A stretch of DNA of 48,929 nt, filler included, from Sphacelaria rigidula (Eukaryota), in the NCBI GenBank assembly GCA_964200075.2. It is 3 parts of 3 records of this genome, joined end to end, with 100 filler letters (N's around TTAATTAATTAA, not from the genome) between each part and the next. Parts side by side here need not be neighbours in the genome. Positions count along the whole stretch, not along the records: positions 32,689 to 48,929 come from CAXNAA020001431.1; 2 more parts are not named here. One strand, written 5' to 3'. The position numbers were made by a program, and so were the translations under genes. The notes under the pieces are model-generated. The model was not told where the DNA came from, did no database searches, and was given only the letters and a program-made list of their open reading frames with translations. Of the stretch, positions 33,988-46,563 are shown one piece after another (within the stretch, counting starts at the first letter, position 1; every line of letters starts with the position of its first letter).

Positions 33988-35909
33988 GCCGTGTCGGCGG
34001 TATGGCAAATGACAACACGGGCGCGGGAGTGGGTAGCGAACGTGTCGGATGTGCTGTACCCAGGATCCGATCCACGCATGTTGGACGGTGGGCGCGCTGC
34101 AGTTGGCTTGGCAGATCTGCAAAAGCTGTTGCTGGAGTCACATAGCCTACCTGTGAGAGTTGCTGAAGCCGACGAGGTGACCAGAATAATTCGGGCAGCA
34201 GTGGACTGGCAGCATAAAGCGGACGACGCGCTTGCCGCTCTTCAGACTCCCACCCGAACCAGATCTGGGCGCGGTTCCGCCATGCAATTGACGACATTGA
34301 GAGACATGCTAAATGAAGCCCAGCTCATTCCCGTGAGACTGGATCAGAGAATCGAGCTCAAGGAACGAGTTGAAAGTGAGTGAAGGGAGGATATGTTTCT
34401 CTGGGAGTGTCACTTACATGTACACAATTTATTTCTTGTGTGGGCTTCATGTGCAAGCGTGAGGGAAAGTAGTAGTGTATACTTCTTGGCGCCTTTTCTT
34501 CCCTGGCAAACCTGGCAAACTCCAGTGTTCTTGGTCGTATCTCACTGTTGACCTGTTCGTTGAAATCGTGCACATCGATGTATGTCATAGCATTCCTTGT
34601 CTGCCATGGAACCACAGGTGTCAACGCACTGGCCACCAGCATAAGAGAAGCGTTCCCACCCGGGCGACGCACTAAAACGAGACCTTCTCTTGCTCAGGTG
34701 TGTTGAATTTTATTTAACGTATTTTTGCTTCCAACGGCAATACAGATGTGTATCAAATCAGGTGGACTTAAACCTTTCGCTCGAAAAGCATGTACATGTA
34801 CTCCATGTTGAGCAGACGCAAAACTGCGTGTGCGGTGCCGTTTTTGACAGACGGAGCACCTCATGGACAGGGTACGGGAGTCAGGAGTAGAGTTTCCCGA
34901 GTCGTTGATGCTCCGAAAGCACCTGGGTGCTGTCAACGAATGGCTTGCCAGGGCACAAGCCGCGTTAGCAGGCTCAGTGCAGTTACGCGAGTTGGAAAAA
35001 CTCCTCGCCGAAGCGGAAAAACTCGCGGTGGAGCCAGGCCCAAAGTTGCCGGAGTTGCAGGCCAAGATGGATAAAGCGCTTGGCTGGTTGGAGAAGGTTC
35101 GAAAAGCTGTGCCAAAGCAAAGATCAACAAGAAGAACCATGGATACTGAGGTGGAGAAGGTGCGTTGGTTCAACGGATACTTCGTAAAAACGTATGGTGA
35201 TCTTCTGCGTTCCGCGTTCTGGGCGGTTGTTATTATCGCCGAAAGAACTCTGACGCGAAGTGCAGACGCGTTTTCAAATTGTGTAAGCTTACCAACTTCA
35301 CATCCTTTGATGTTTCGCTTCCCTGAGCTTGAACGTAGTTTCAGCACCCTGTATGTCTTGAAAGAGGCTGTTGATGAGCTCGGCTCTGCGGCGGCTACGT
35401 TCGGCCTCCCAGGCCTGCGATTTAAGGGCGTGATACATGTTTTCTTGTTTTTTCAGGTTAGTTGTCGCATTGCTCTTGCTTCGCTCACGCGGTAGATTTG
35501 TTCGCTCGCTCAAAGTACAATGGGATTCCCACCTCAGGGAGGGTATAGAAGCCGCAGCACTCCGCTGGTCAAGGTGATGGGAAAACGCATCAAAACTACA
35601 CTACTTTGGGCGGACTTCCTGGGTTTCAATCACGATAGTAGTCGTCTTCCTGTTCGCGTCGCCCAAAAACGTAATGATTAATGTCGGCTGATAATAGTGA
35701 AATCCCATGAGGGTCAACTGGCTACAGGAGTGCTGATCCAGTGCCCGACGATGACGTGGAAGGTCAGTGGTGGGACAAAGGTGGCATTGGTAGCATAGTG
35801 GCGGATCCCTCGAGACTGAAGATTCGTCCCGCAAAGGGGGGGATTTGATACCCGGCCAAAAAAACCCGGTGAAAGTGGAAGTGACAGTTGACCGCCCTAA
35901 AAGGGGTTT

Positions 35910-35941
<32 letters not shown>

Positions 35942-38900
35942 ATATTCACATTGAAAATCCGGTACCTGGCCACATTGTGAACGTGTTTTGCAAGGCGGTT
36001 GCTCCCATGACAATTATTTCGACCCTCGTGATAGAAGACAGACCATGCGCTGTTTCGATGACCGTACACTATGCCGCGATCTGTTCGAGTGGTGAGTGCT
36101 TTGCATACTGCGGTGGCGCGATCATCACTTTCCCTCCCTCCTTCCTTCTCCCTCCTCAGCACTCGCACTCGTGCTGCATTCTGAAGCAGAGAGATGGCAC
36201 CAGTAGTAGGCGACTTGCAAAATGGCAAGCTGCGCATGTCATTTATAGTTCGCTACAGCAATTTTTGTGTGGAGTCTCGACTTTGACCGCCGTTAAGCGG
36301 GATCTCGCGTTACAACGGGCCGCATCGATGTGCGATATCACTGTATGTACAAGTAGGTGGTTCTCTGTTGAGTTGATTTTTGCTCGAGACAAGGCAGACT
36401 ACAGTGAAGTATCCGCTGCAATGCCCTACTGTCGTTCTACAGGTGGACCTCAGTCACGTGAAGGGCTTGCTTAATTCGTCTTCAACAACCGGGGTAGAGA
36501 TGGATATGAAAGAATTTAGCCATACGAACGATCTCATCGAGAACGCGGAGGAGTGGATGGCGCGTGTGAGAGAAGTGCTCGAGTCTGGGGAACCGGCCAC
36601 GCTTAATTCCTTGGAAAGTCTACTGCTCGAGGCAGAAGGCATCCCGGTCACCATGGACGAACAACAGCTGTTGACGGCGGGCATCAAGGCGCGACAGTGG
36701 CGACTACGAGTGGACAACACTATCAAGAGTGGCAAGGCCAAAGTGCACGACCTTCAAGAGCTGGCGTCAAAGGTGACGTTTACGTCGATGGTCAACACGG
36801 TGTGGTCTGGTGCACAAACTACGAGAAACTCAGAAGAATAACTTTGTTGAGCCAATGTGGCGGATGGCCCACGAAATCAAAACACCTATGCCGTAAATGT
36901 TGACTTCCCCCAGTGTTGCTACATTTGTGCCGTCTTCGCAAACTTCATTGTTTCTTATCTTGTGACTTTGAACAACTCTCTAAAGACCGCCGTCACTTGT
37001 TGTGTGTGTCTGAAACCTAAACGCGCTTATGATGCAGGGTGCAGCGCTGCGGTCTAGGTTTCCAAAGGATGCCAAGAACCACCGTGTCTACCGTGTTTTG
37101 GATGACAGCGAGTTACAAGCTCTGCTGAAGCGAGGCGAGGGGTGGACTCGAAAAGCGAAACTGTGCTTGCAAAGCATGCAAGCCGGGCGCGGTGTGGGCA
37201 CAACCTACCTGTCCAACTTGCTCAAGGAGGCCGTAGCTGTCAGGCTGAACTTGGCGCCTGAGGTCCGTGTCCGTGGTGACAGTCTAGCAGTTTTGCCAGC
37301 GTATGAATGCATGCCTATCAGTTTTCCGTAGGATTGGGATGCCAAGTAATCCCCTTGCAATCAATCATGGTATTTAGGGCGAGGAGCTTGCATCTGGTGC
37401 ACTGGTTGGCACTTCCAACCGACCAGCCGACTTGCCTTCTTCACACAGTTGAACCTACGTTGCAATCCATGTGAGTTTGTGAAAATTGGAAAGATACAGC
37501 GACAAGGGTATGGAGGTCACTAGACACTTGGTTTTCCCATAGAGATCCATCCTTTTTGGATGTGGGCATTCGCACAGGAGTGATCGATCCAAGAATCTAG
37601 CTTTGCACACGATATAGATCACCTGTCCTGCCACCATCAAGCGAGGTTCCGGCAAGGTAGGACATTTTTTTCATTTCGAGCGCGTTCGTTGAAAGCTGGG
37701 AGTTGGCGGAGAGACGATACAAGAATCTTGGAACATGAGGCAAAAGTATACTGTACTGCGCTGTGCTGTGCTGTACTGTATAGTACAGATCTAACTTGGT
37801 CCTGTTTAGATCTTCGCGGGAATGATGACGAAAAATGTAGTCTGTTGCGAAAAAATATGCCTGAACAACGTGACGTATTTTAACGTTTTGTATGGACCCA
37901 CGTTGATTCATGGTTGGCGAACACCATCACGTGCAATGGCACCAAAGCATTCACTCACACACTCTTGGCCGCACAATTTCCCTCAAGCTGACGTTTTTGA
38001 CAACACGAGATGTTCTATTTGACTGTGCTACATCGTGGCAACGTTTGCTCGATGAGTAAAATTAAACATTCCAATTCCTTTCGCTGGGTATTTTACAACG
38101 TCGTGGCGAGGAGTTGGAATGTACCCGTTTCATCTCCGTCGAGAAAAAAATTGGGAAACGGCGGTTTCGCCGGGGAAAAGTGGGCGGGCTGTTTGAACAG
38201 CGTCCTCATACAGTCCATGTGCGGGGAACGCCAACCCGCGGGGTTTTACGAGAAGACCTTTAGCCGCTGACTGAAGCTTCGCCGGAAACTTGTGTCGCAC
38301 GTTCCCAACTCGCATCAGTCGTCTGAAGCGATAGCCATGAGCCTTCCATAGAGCTGGTGCCGCAGCCGCTGGTGGCACTTATTTTCGATGCGTGGTTGAA
38401 GTTTGTTGCTGTTGAACATTCTACCCCGGCCCGGAATAGAAGCGACAGCAATCAACACACGTAATGTATTGAAATCCTTCGTCGCTCGTGGCGTGTTCAG
38501 TGCTTTGGTGCAGAGTTGATGGCATCGTGGTGAATCATGCACCCACCCCGTCCGCTTTCGTGTATCTGTTTGAGCAGATGAGTACGTTGAGAGATGTTGT
38601 GGGAGAGCTGAATCAATGGCGGGCAGACCATGAAGACGTGTTGCGTCCATTAAAGCTATGGGATGGCTTAGCATTATTGGAGCCACTAGCTCCAAGTTCT
38701 GCTGCTTCCAGCAACTCTGACGGTGACTCCAATCCTTCCCGGAAGGCCAACGTCTCTGAAAAATCGAGAAGTTCGGATGGTACTGATTCCGGCCCAGCCG
38801 CAACTAACTTGGGCAGTGATACCCCTCACAAGACGAACACGCCTGCTGGAGATGGCGCTGTCGACCAAGCGACAAATCAACCCAAGCCTATGGCTAAGAT

Positions 38901-41900
38901 CACCCAACCTGGTCTGCATGCTTGTCTGCATGCAGCTGAAAGGATTGCCGTGGGGCGCAGTCTGAAGGAGGTTCGAGAAATCCGTGCGGTCCAGCAGAAC
39001 GTGGCCGAGTGGATGGAGCAATGTCAAGGTTTATGCCCACGCCGACAAAGCAAACGTCGTGTACAACCCGCTAATAAGCCAACCATTGCACGTCTCGAGG
39101 AGTTCATCAAATTAGGACTAGCCTTTCCTGTGGAAGTATCTGAGGACATATCACGAATTCGTAGCCACATCAATGAAGCTGAGAACTGGCGGGTTAACGC
39201 GAGGGCCGCTCTCGAGAAAATCTCAAAATCCTTCGCCGAACAGACGCAGGAAAGGATGGAGCTGTGGCGGAGAGAGGAGGAAGAAGAGCGTAAGAGCAAG
39301 AACGCCTTGAAGCAGAAAGAGACTAAAGAACAGCCTGCACCGAAAGGACACGGTTCGACTCCCGCATCCACCGCAACACCGGACGCGCCAAGTCAGGCCT
39401 CTGATACAAGCGGAATCGACGCACAGCCGACAGCCGTGCAGGCGGGACAGGTGGTGGGGAGCTCCCCAGTGGACCAGACAGCCAAAACTGAGCCAGAGGT
39501 AGCCAAGGTTGGACAAGAGGTGGCCAAGGTTGAGCGAGTAGCCGAAGCATCTGATGCTGATGAAAGTGATGCTGTCGATAGGGAAGATGAGCTTGATGAG
39601 CTCGAGGAGAAGGACGAAAAAACTCTCGAGCAAATGCTAACTCTAGCGAGGGATATCAGCGTCTTTATGCCCGAAGAAATTTTGATGGAGAGAATTCAGA
39701 AGATAATGCAATGGGCCAGGTGAGCCAGAATTTCATCTTCTTTGAGTGAGAACGCTATCTTCCATCAGGCACCATTATACTGGACCCCGCCAGCTTTTCG
39801 TAGGGAACTTCTCGCAAGAGTTAGTGTCATATCGAATGACCTTCGTATTTTTGCTACGCTCAGCGCAACCTGCATGCTCAAAGATTGTCACGTTGATGCA
39901 GTGCACGTACTGGTTCATCATGCCATGAAACAGTCTTCACTGGGGTAAAACACTCGATCTCGTTGCGTCCGCAGTTGACAGGTTACACTAAGTGTCTGAA
40001 TTGCAGGGTTGGCTTCGAGGTGGTGGCCCATTTTTTGTATCCATTTTTGGAACCGGAGATGAAATTTGGCGTTATCCGTGTCCTCATATTTGCTCCTCGC
40101 TGATTGTACCTCCCCACACAGGAGCGTGCGTGAGAGTGCATCGTACGCTGGGGACGGGTTACAGCTGAGTCAGGCCAAGGATATTGTCAAGGTTCGCGAG
40201 GGTGTTCTCGACCTGAGCGCTGGCGAGGGCGAGGAGGCGGCCGCGTTGACTGTTACTATCGTGCAGAACCTGCAGATTGGTATCGACTGTTACAAGGCAA
40301 AGGTTGAGGCCATTCGGCAAAAGCTCAGGGAGGCAGAGGCTTGGACACACAGAGCAAGGGATATCATGACCCACGAATCCATTACGGTGGAACAATTCGA
40401 GACCCTACTCAAAGAGGCACAAGAGGTCGGGGTGGAAAATGAAGACCTTGCAAAGAAGATTCGCGCCGAGCTCGGGCGATGTAGAGCGTGGATGAACAAA
40501 GCGGATGATGCTTTGAAAGGTCGCGAGAAGCCGAAAGCTAGTTTGGTGAAGAAACTACTCGCTGAGGGCGAAAAGATCAAGGTGACGTTGTTGTTGAGTA
40601 CGCTTTTTCCAAGCCCATACTTTGAACTGCTCTCCGCCCTCGAGACTCGAGGCGATCAACTCATCTCTCGCCTGGTACGTCGTTGACATTTTGGTATCGT
40701 GGCATGGATCAGCAACGGCGTACCGCGCCGAGTTTCGTCGTGTAGGCTTAGGCTTTGCCGCCCACGTCCTTGCGTTTTCGATGGCCAAAATTTGATACTC
40801 GTGAAGAAACCGTATCTGCTCAGATTTTAACCCTCGAGCCCGCCCTATCCGGTTGTAAAATGTTTCAGTTGGACCCCAGGGTGCGGCGGCATCGTGGGGG
40901 CCCGTTTTATTCCAAATGTCGCTATGCCCTATGGCACAGTTGACAGAGTGTGGATGTAAATGCTTTCCACCCTCCTTCGTGACCTGCGCGGGCGCTTCCC
41001 TGTATTGACTGCGGATATTGCTCTGTTACATTTTTTCTTGCGGATTTGTCGTGGCGCAGACGTCTGGCAGTAGACTGAAGGAGCTCAAGCATCACATGAA
41101 GACAGCATCGAAGTGGCTGCAGCGGCTGAAGAAAACGGGTATCGAAAAGGGCACAGCCAGTATCACCGAACTGAAGGCGTTGATCCCTGAAGCCGCCTCT
41201 ATCCGTATCGATCTCTCCGATGATGTTCGGGTTCTAAAGCAAGCCACGTGCAGCTACTGTATCTGTAACCGACCTGGCGAAGATTTGGGATTGTTGGTGG
41301 AGTGTACGGTATGCACTGAGGGCTACCATGTCGTGTGCATGGGGATCCCCACCGAGAAAGCTGAATTGCTGCGTGCGTCAAAAGAAAATTTCCAGTGCAT
41401 CCGCTGTCGTATCAATAGCCTGTTCACCAGCGCAGAGCAGGCAATGCTGACAGCGATGAAGAGATGGATGCCATCAACGTGCTTCGCGGACCAGGCAGGG
41501 TTTGAGGAGGCACCATCAACCGATGATTCAGGTACTACTTGAGCGCGCTCCGTTGTAACACTCACAGAGCATGATTTTGGTTAGCCCAAACATTCACAGA
41601 TTTCTGCACTTGCTTTCATTTGAAGCGTCTCGCGCTTCCTCATTGACAAGCACAGCTTACCGCTTGTTTGAATACCAGGCCGCGACAGATGGCAAGCTTC
41701 GCAGAATTTTGCTGCGCTGGCGGGTGTCGTTCGAGACGCCATGAATCTGCCTCGCAAGAAAATCAGGACAAGCCTTGGAGTATTGTCCGAGGTGGACAAT
41801 AACATAAACGCACTGACGACTCTGCCATGGGGCAAGAACAAATCGGGAGAAGAACAGCATGGACATGCGAGGTGACTCGCCTTGGATACGTTGTGTATAA

Positions 41901-44079
41901 TAGGCGTAGTGGAGATTTGTCTTGGCTGGCGGTTCAAGTACGCCCCCGGTCCATTACAATACCCATTACGACAGCTCACTTCGGTGTATGTGTCCAAGCA
42001 AATAGGTTGGATTATCTGCAAAATGTCGTTGAGATTGCTTCAAGACCATATGGGGATAGTTGCGCGAGCATGATTTGATCGAGCACCAATTGATTTTGCT
42101 TTGCGCTACCCGTTTTATTTCTGTCATTCACAGGGAGATGCTTTGCAGCTTACGAGTGCTGTTATGGTGCACCATGGCGCAGTGGGCGGTGCGCAAGCCA
42201 CCATCTGTCATCCTCCTGTATGACCTGGTGTCGCAGGGGCAGCAACTGAGCCAGGTTGACCACGACTTGCTCGATACCCTCGGTACGATGGCCAGGCGAG
42301 CTTCGCTCTGGGAGGCATCTGTCCGTGATGCATTTTGCGCTCCCAAGGACAACGCATCCACCCCCATCGACGTTGCGGTTCTGTGCACTCTGTTGAGCGA
42401 AGCGAAGCACATTCCTGTCAACCTGCCTCTCGAGCCAAAGGTAGTGGCAGCCTTGGAAGATGGGGGGAACAGATACTGCCTGTGCCGAGGACCGAACGAT
42501 GGTTCCTTTATGGTTGGGTGCGACACGTGCGAGGAATGGTTCCATGGCGCATGCGTGAAGCTGAAGGTAAAAAAATAGAGTTTATGCGTAGTACATGGCC
42601 TTTTATTTTGCCTCTCGAAATGTACTCTGACGCTGATACACACAATTTGTTAGTGCTAATGCTGAACCAAATTGTTCCCTCGTCATCTTGAACCTTCATC
42701 TGATCATCAGGAAGGCGAGGGCAAAAACCTTACGAATTTCGAATGCCCAGGGTGTGCAGAGCGAAAGGGCGTGTCGTACGCATACGGGAAGGTAGACATG
42801 GAGGCGCTCCGAGAACGTGCTGGTGCAGCCGCCCCCGTGGCTGAAGTCCTCCCACAAGCAGAGGAAGAGCCAGCTAGCAGCGAACCCGCGAGCAAGACTT
42901 GCACCTGGCCTCCCCTGGAGGCGGAATATTTTTTTGGTGAGAATGCCATTTTTGGTCCATCATGGTGGCTAATAGTTTCAAATTTCAACTCAGTGCATGG
43001 ATGAACGCAAACACTACAGTCATTGTCGGGATTGGAGTTGTCTCGAAGACACTGAAATACGGTTGCACAGGATTTCAATACGACGCTATGATTTTGAATT
43101 CACACCACAACCGAGTGCTGCACTGTCGCATTTCACCATATAACAACGTTTATGTGAGATTGAGAGTGGCTTTGATCGTCCGCTTCAACCTGAGCCAATT
43201 TTTTAGTCCGTGTGCTTTTCTTTGCCGCCATCACTGGCGTGTGCTTACAGCTACACGTCGGTATCCTACTCAGGGATATCAAGGGCCTCAGTGGCAAACT
43301 ACTAAAAAAAGCACATCGGGTCTCGTCAATGAAAACGATCCACTCACTAACTGACCGATTTTCACTCTCAATCGTATCCTCTACTCTCAATCTCACAAAA
43401 GCATTGTCATGTATCGTGGGAAGATGCACTTGATCCATCAGGCACAGTCAACAACAAAAGGATACATCGAGTAGGCAAAGTTGGTTTCCCCGTCTCATTT
43501 TTGTCGTCTTTACATGTTCCAGGAACGTTGGATCTGACACAACTGCCTGGATCAGACCCTGCGCCACCAACACCACCGGAACCGCAGGATACCCCAGCCG
43601 GCATCGTCAACACAAACGACGCATATCACTATCAAGAGATGCAACATATGTCAAGGCCTGTGCCACAAGCGCCGCCAGCGGTTGAACCGGAGGCGCCCCA
43701 TATTCCTCCGCAGTACACCGCACCGGCGTACTCAACTCCTACACCTGCAGCCTCGCCGGCTCCGGCTCAGTATGGAGCTCTAGGATACCATTACCAGCAT
43801 TATCCCCACGCTGGCGGTGTAGACCCGTTCCGCCCACATGGCAATGAGCACTATGGCGCTCAAATGGCGCCCCCACCCCAGCCCCATCACCCGGAGTCGT
43901 ACGCCTACTCTATACCCCCTGGAGCGACGCTAGAACCTCCCGTGAGCGCCGAAGAGTCGCGGAAACGTAGTGTTCATGGAGATGCACAGGTTGTTGCTCC
44001 CAAAAGAATGAAGACAGATGATCCGATACCGACTGTAAATGAAATCAATCGCTCCAGTGGAACGCCCGGGGCCATGTGA
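33988..44079 (+). CDS. KDM5/JARID1-like chromatin protein, C-terminal part (PLU-1-like helical repeats and two PHD fingers); 5' end missing
   Basis: Phase-consistent exons: 33988-34375, 34618-34697, 34851-35159, 36443-36772, 37038-37262, 38578-39719, 40122-40581, 41060-41531, 41679-41871, 42134-42566, 42711-42936, 43523-44079. Repeated W..RA...L...LL.EA..IPV helical units; PHDs YCICNRP..LVECTVCTEGYHVVC..FQCIRC and YCLCRGPNDGSFMVGCDTCEEWFHGACV..FECPGC. No JmjC/ARID domain is visible here. Confidence 0.88.
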
Positions 44080-44080
44080 T

Positions 44081-46563
44081 TTAAAACTCGAATGATAGAT
44101 TTACTAGAGCAGGCTTGCCGTTGGTGCCGTCTGCGCCAGCAACGTGCTGTGTCATCTTGGATGTTCCCATAAGACCTGTTTCGTGTTTGAGAATGCGTGG
44201 GTGAGCAAGCCAAAAGTGAATTATTTCTTAGAGGATTTACGGCAGAACAATGTTAGATGTAGCCGACATTGGGGTTAATATGTAGGGTGTTCGATGCGTA
44301 CCGGCAGTAGGCACCAACTTACCGTAAAGGTGGGGCACGGCTGTCTTTCGCGACTTGACATTGTTTTTGCCATCCCATGTCATGTCATGAGTTTGTTTCG
44401 AAGCATTGAATACAACAAGTAAGCACAGGAGAAATCATGGCTCTGTTGATACTCGTATAGGTGCCGAACAAACTGAGTTTTGAAGAGGGTGTGTGTCGGA
44501 TGTGTGCTGTGTGAGTGAGTGTGTGTTATTATCTGTTCTGGACGCCAGTCTACACCTTTCGGTATATGTGGGTGCATCAGCCGGGGTACAGGAGGAAGCG
44601 CACTTCACACGGGAGTTTTGTCTTGTTTTAGTACTCCACCTTCTGCGTTGATTGCTTGTTTTTTCATGGCGAAAAGGATTCGGTGGTTCCTTTTCCTTTT
44701 CGACCGTGAAGTCGAATTTTTGTTTACGCACGACATCGTCGCTCTTGACTGCTGGGTATGGTGTGGAAAAAAAACGAGATCGTGTGACTGCACCGAGCTG
44801 CGAACGCACGACCCGTCAGAGGGTTTGGAGTTTACCAATCTGACCATCGGGGCGACAAAAAACACTTCCTGACTCAACATCCAAAGACCGCTCGATGCGG
44901 TTCTCCCACGAGTAAGTTCACGGATGCTGCAACGAACGATAGTACATGGAGCATCCATAAACCTTGACGTTGTACCGAACATGGATAGTTTTCATTGTTT
45001 AAAATACTCACCTGCGAAGTACTGCACGTGCTGCGGTGGCTTGCTTCCGCTGCTTCTGTTGGTTTGGGTATGCTTGACGCGATGCAGGTACACCTGAGCA
45101 TCGTTGGCTCTCCGGAAGTGTGAGAGGTCAGTTTGTTGCGATTTAGTCACGCAAGCGCGCAGGTTGGCGACCTGAAGAGCCCGTCGGCGAAGCACCCACT
45201 CATTCCAATGGTACCCCGATTCTATTTTTTTGTCCAAAAAATGGGTGGGCGTTTCCGTACCGGTATCGCATTTTTGGGGGGCTGTCAATATAGACTTGGA
45301 GCGAGCCTTGCCGTTGTCTCCCTGCAGCATGCGAGTAATACACGTATGTGGGAAATCATCCTGTAGACGCAACAGATGTATCAACTCGGGGGAGAGTCCT
45401 GCGCGTTCAAGGGTCCCCTTAATGAAAAGATCTGGGTCATCCATGAATGTATTGATGGCTACCTGGTGGGCGAAAACAAAGAACTTGTTCTGATATCGAA
45501 TGACACCCAGCTCTGGTTTTCCCGGAAGAAGTAGCCCTTGCCTTTTTACGATTGTCCACGAGCAAAACCCCTGGTACTCAAGCGGCAGTTGCATGAACTC
45601 GGGCGTAGATTCAATCGATAATTTGACTGGTCGTTCTAAAGCCGCCACTTTTTCAAACGGGACACCTCGCAGGTCTTGAATCTGTTGACGTAAGTCGCTA
45701 GATTCGCCTGCGTTATTGTGATATTTCTCGCGGGGCTTTCCGTCGCCTTCCGACGTTCTAGCTGACCCTGCGTCCGTTGGATCTGAACGGTCTGTCGTCA
45801 AAACGGCAGCTTCTGCGGCGAGGGCATTTTCCTCCAACGCGGTGACGCCATCAGCTTGAAAGTCTATCCCATCACGAAGAGAATGCGTGTACGAGTTGCA
45901 AAATGTTTGCAGTACCTCTGCAGTTCTTGTGCGTCCTGCGACGACCCTGTACTCATGGTAAAGGGCTGTCCACTGCGCAGCAATCTCATAGAATTTAGGA
46001 TAAACTTGTTCCTTGGGGACTGAGGCCCGGTTCCCCACTAATTGTTGTAAGTCGCCCATGTCTGAGGTGATAGAATCATGGAGCGCGCCAACCTTGCGCG
46101 CTGAAACCGCAATGTCTTCCTGCAAGCTCTGTATGTAAGATAAATACTGTCGTCGGTTTGTCAGTTCATCCTTCCAGCGGCTGAGCATATCCGATGTAAC
46201 TCCTTGAGGTTGGAGCAAATGACTACGTACGATCACTTCCTGAAGCTGTACGCAGATGCTCTGGACCTTGACAACGTCTTCAGACAGCGAAGTCCCAAGC
46301 TTTCGCAACAGCTCGACGGCGTCCTGCTCCGGGTGTGGGATGTTCACGCCGCCTTTACCTATATGCTGATTAAAAACCCTAATGCCCAGCACTATATTCG
46401 CGAGTTCGTCCAGTTGAGCGTATTTTTCCTCGGGGCCCAGGTTAATGAACGCCTTCAGGCTTATTCGAGGAAATACGCTTTCGAGCGCTGCCGCCACCTC
46501 TCGCTCCACGCCACGCCCCAACTTGGACTCGTCGCTGGCGTGACGGAGGAGATAAGCAAATAT
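44081..46563 (-). CDS. CFAP206: Cilia- and flagella-associated protein 206 (3' part)
   Basis: Large exon 46563-45012 (REVAAALESVFP, QLDELANIVLGIRVFN, ELTNRRQY, SVPKEQVYPKF, LPLEYQGFCSWT..GLLLPG, PELIHLLRL, DTGTETPTHF, YHWNEWVLRRRALQVANL, QTDLSHFRR) spliced in phase 1 to terminal exon 44175-44081 (GLMGT...LVNLSFEF*). Upstream exons were not located. Confidence 0.92.
44510..44855 (-). mobile_element. tRNA-derived SINE, near full length, in the last CFAP206 intron
   Basis: Degenerate tRNA-like head at 44855-44780 (gtcgccccgatggtcagattggt...gttcgcagctcgg), shared body (ccagccgggg, cgaccgtgaagtcgaattt), CA-rich tail. Confidence 0.85.
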
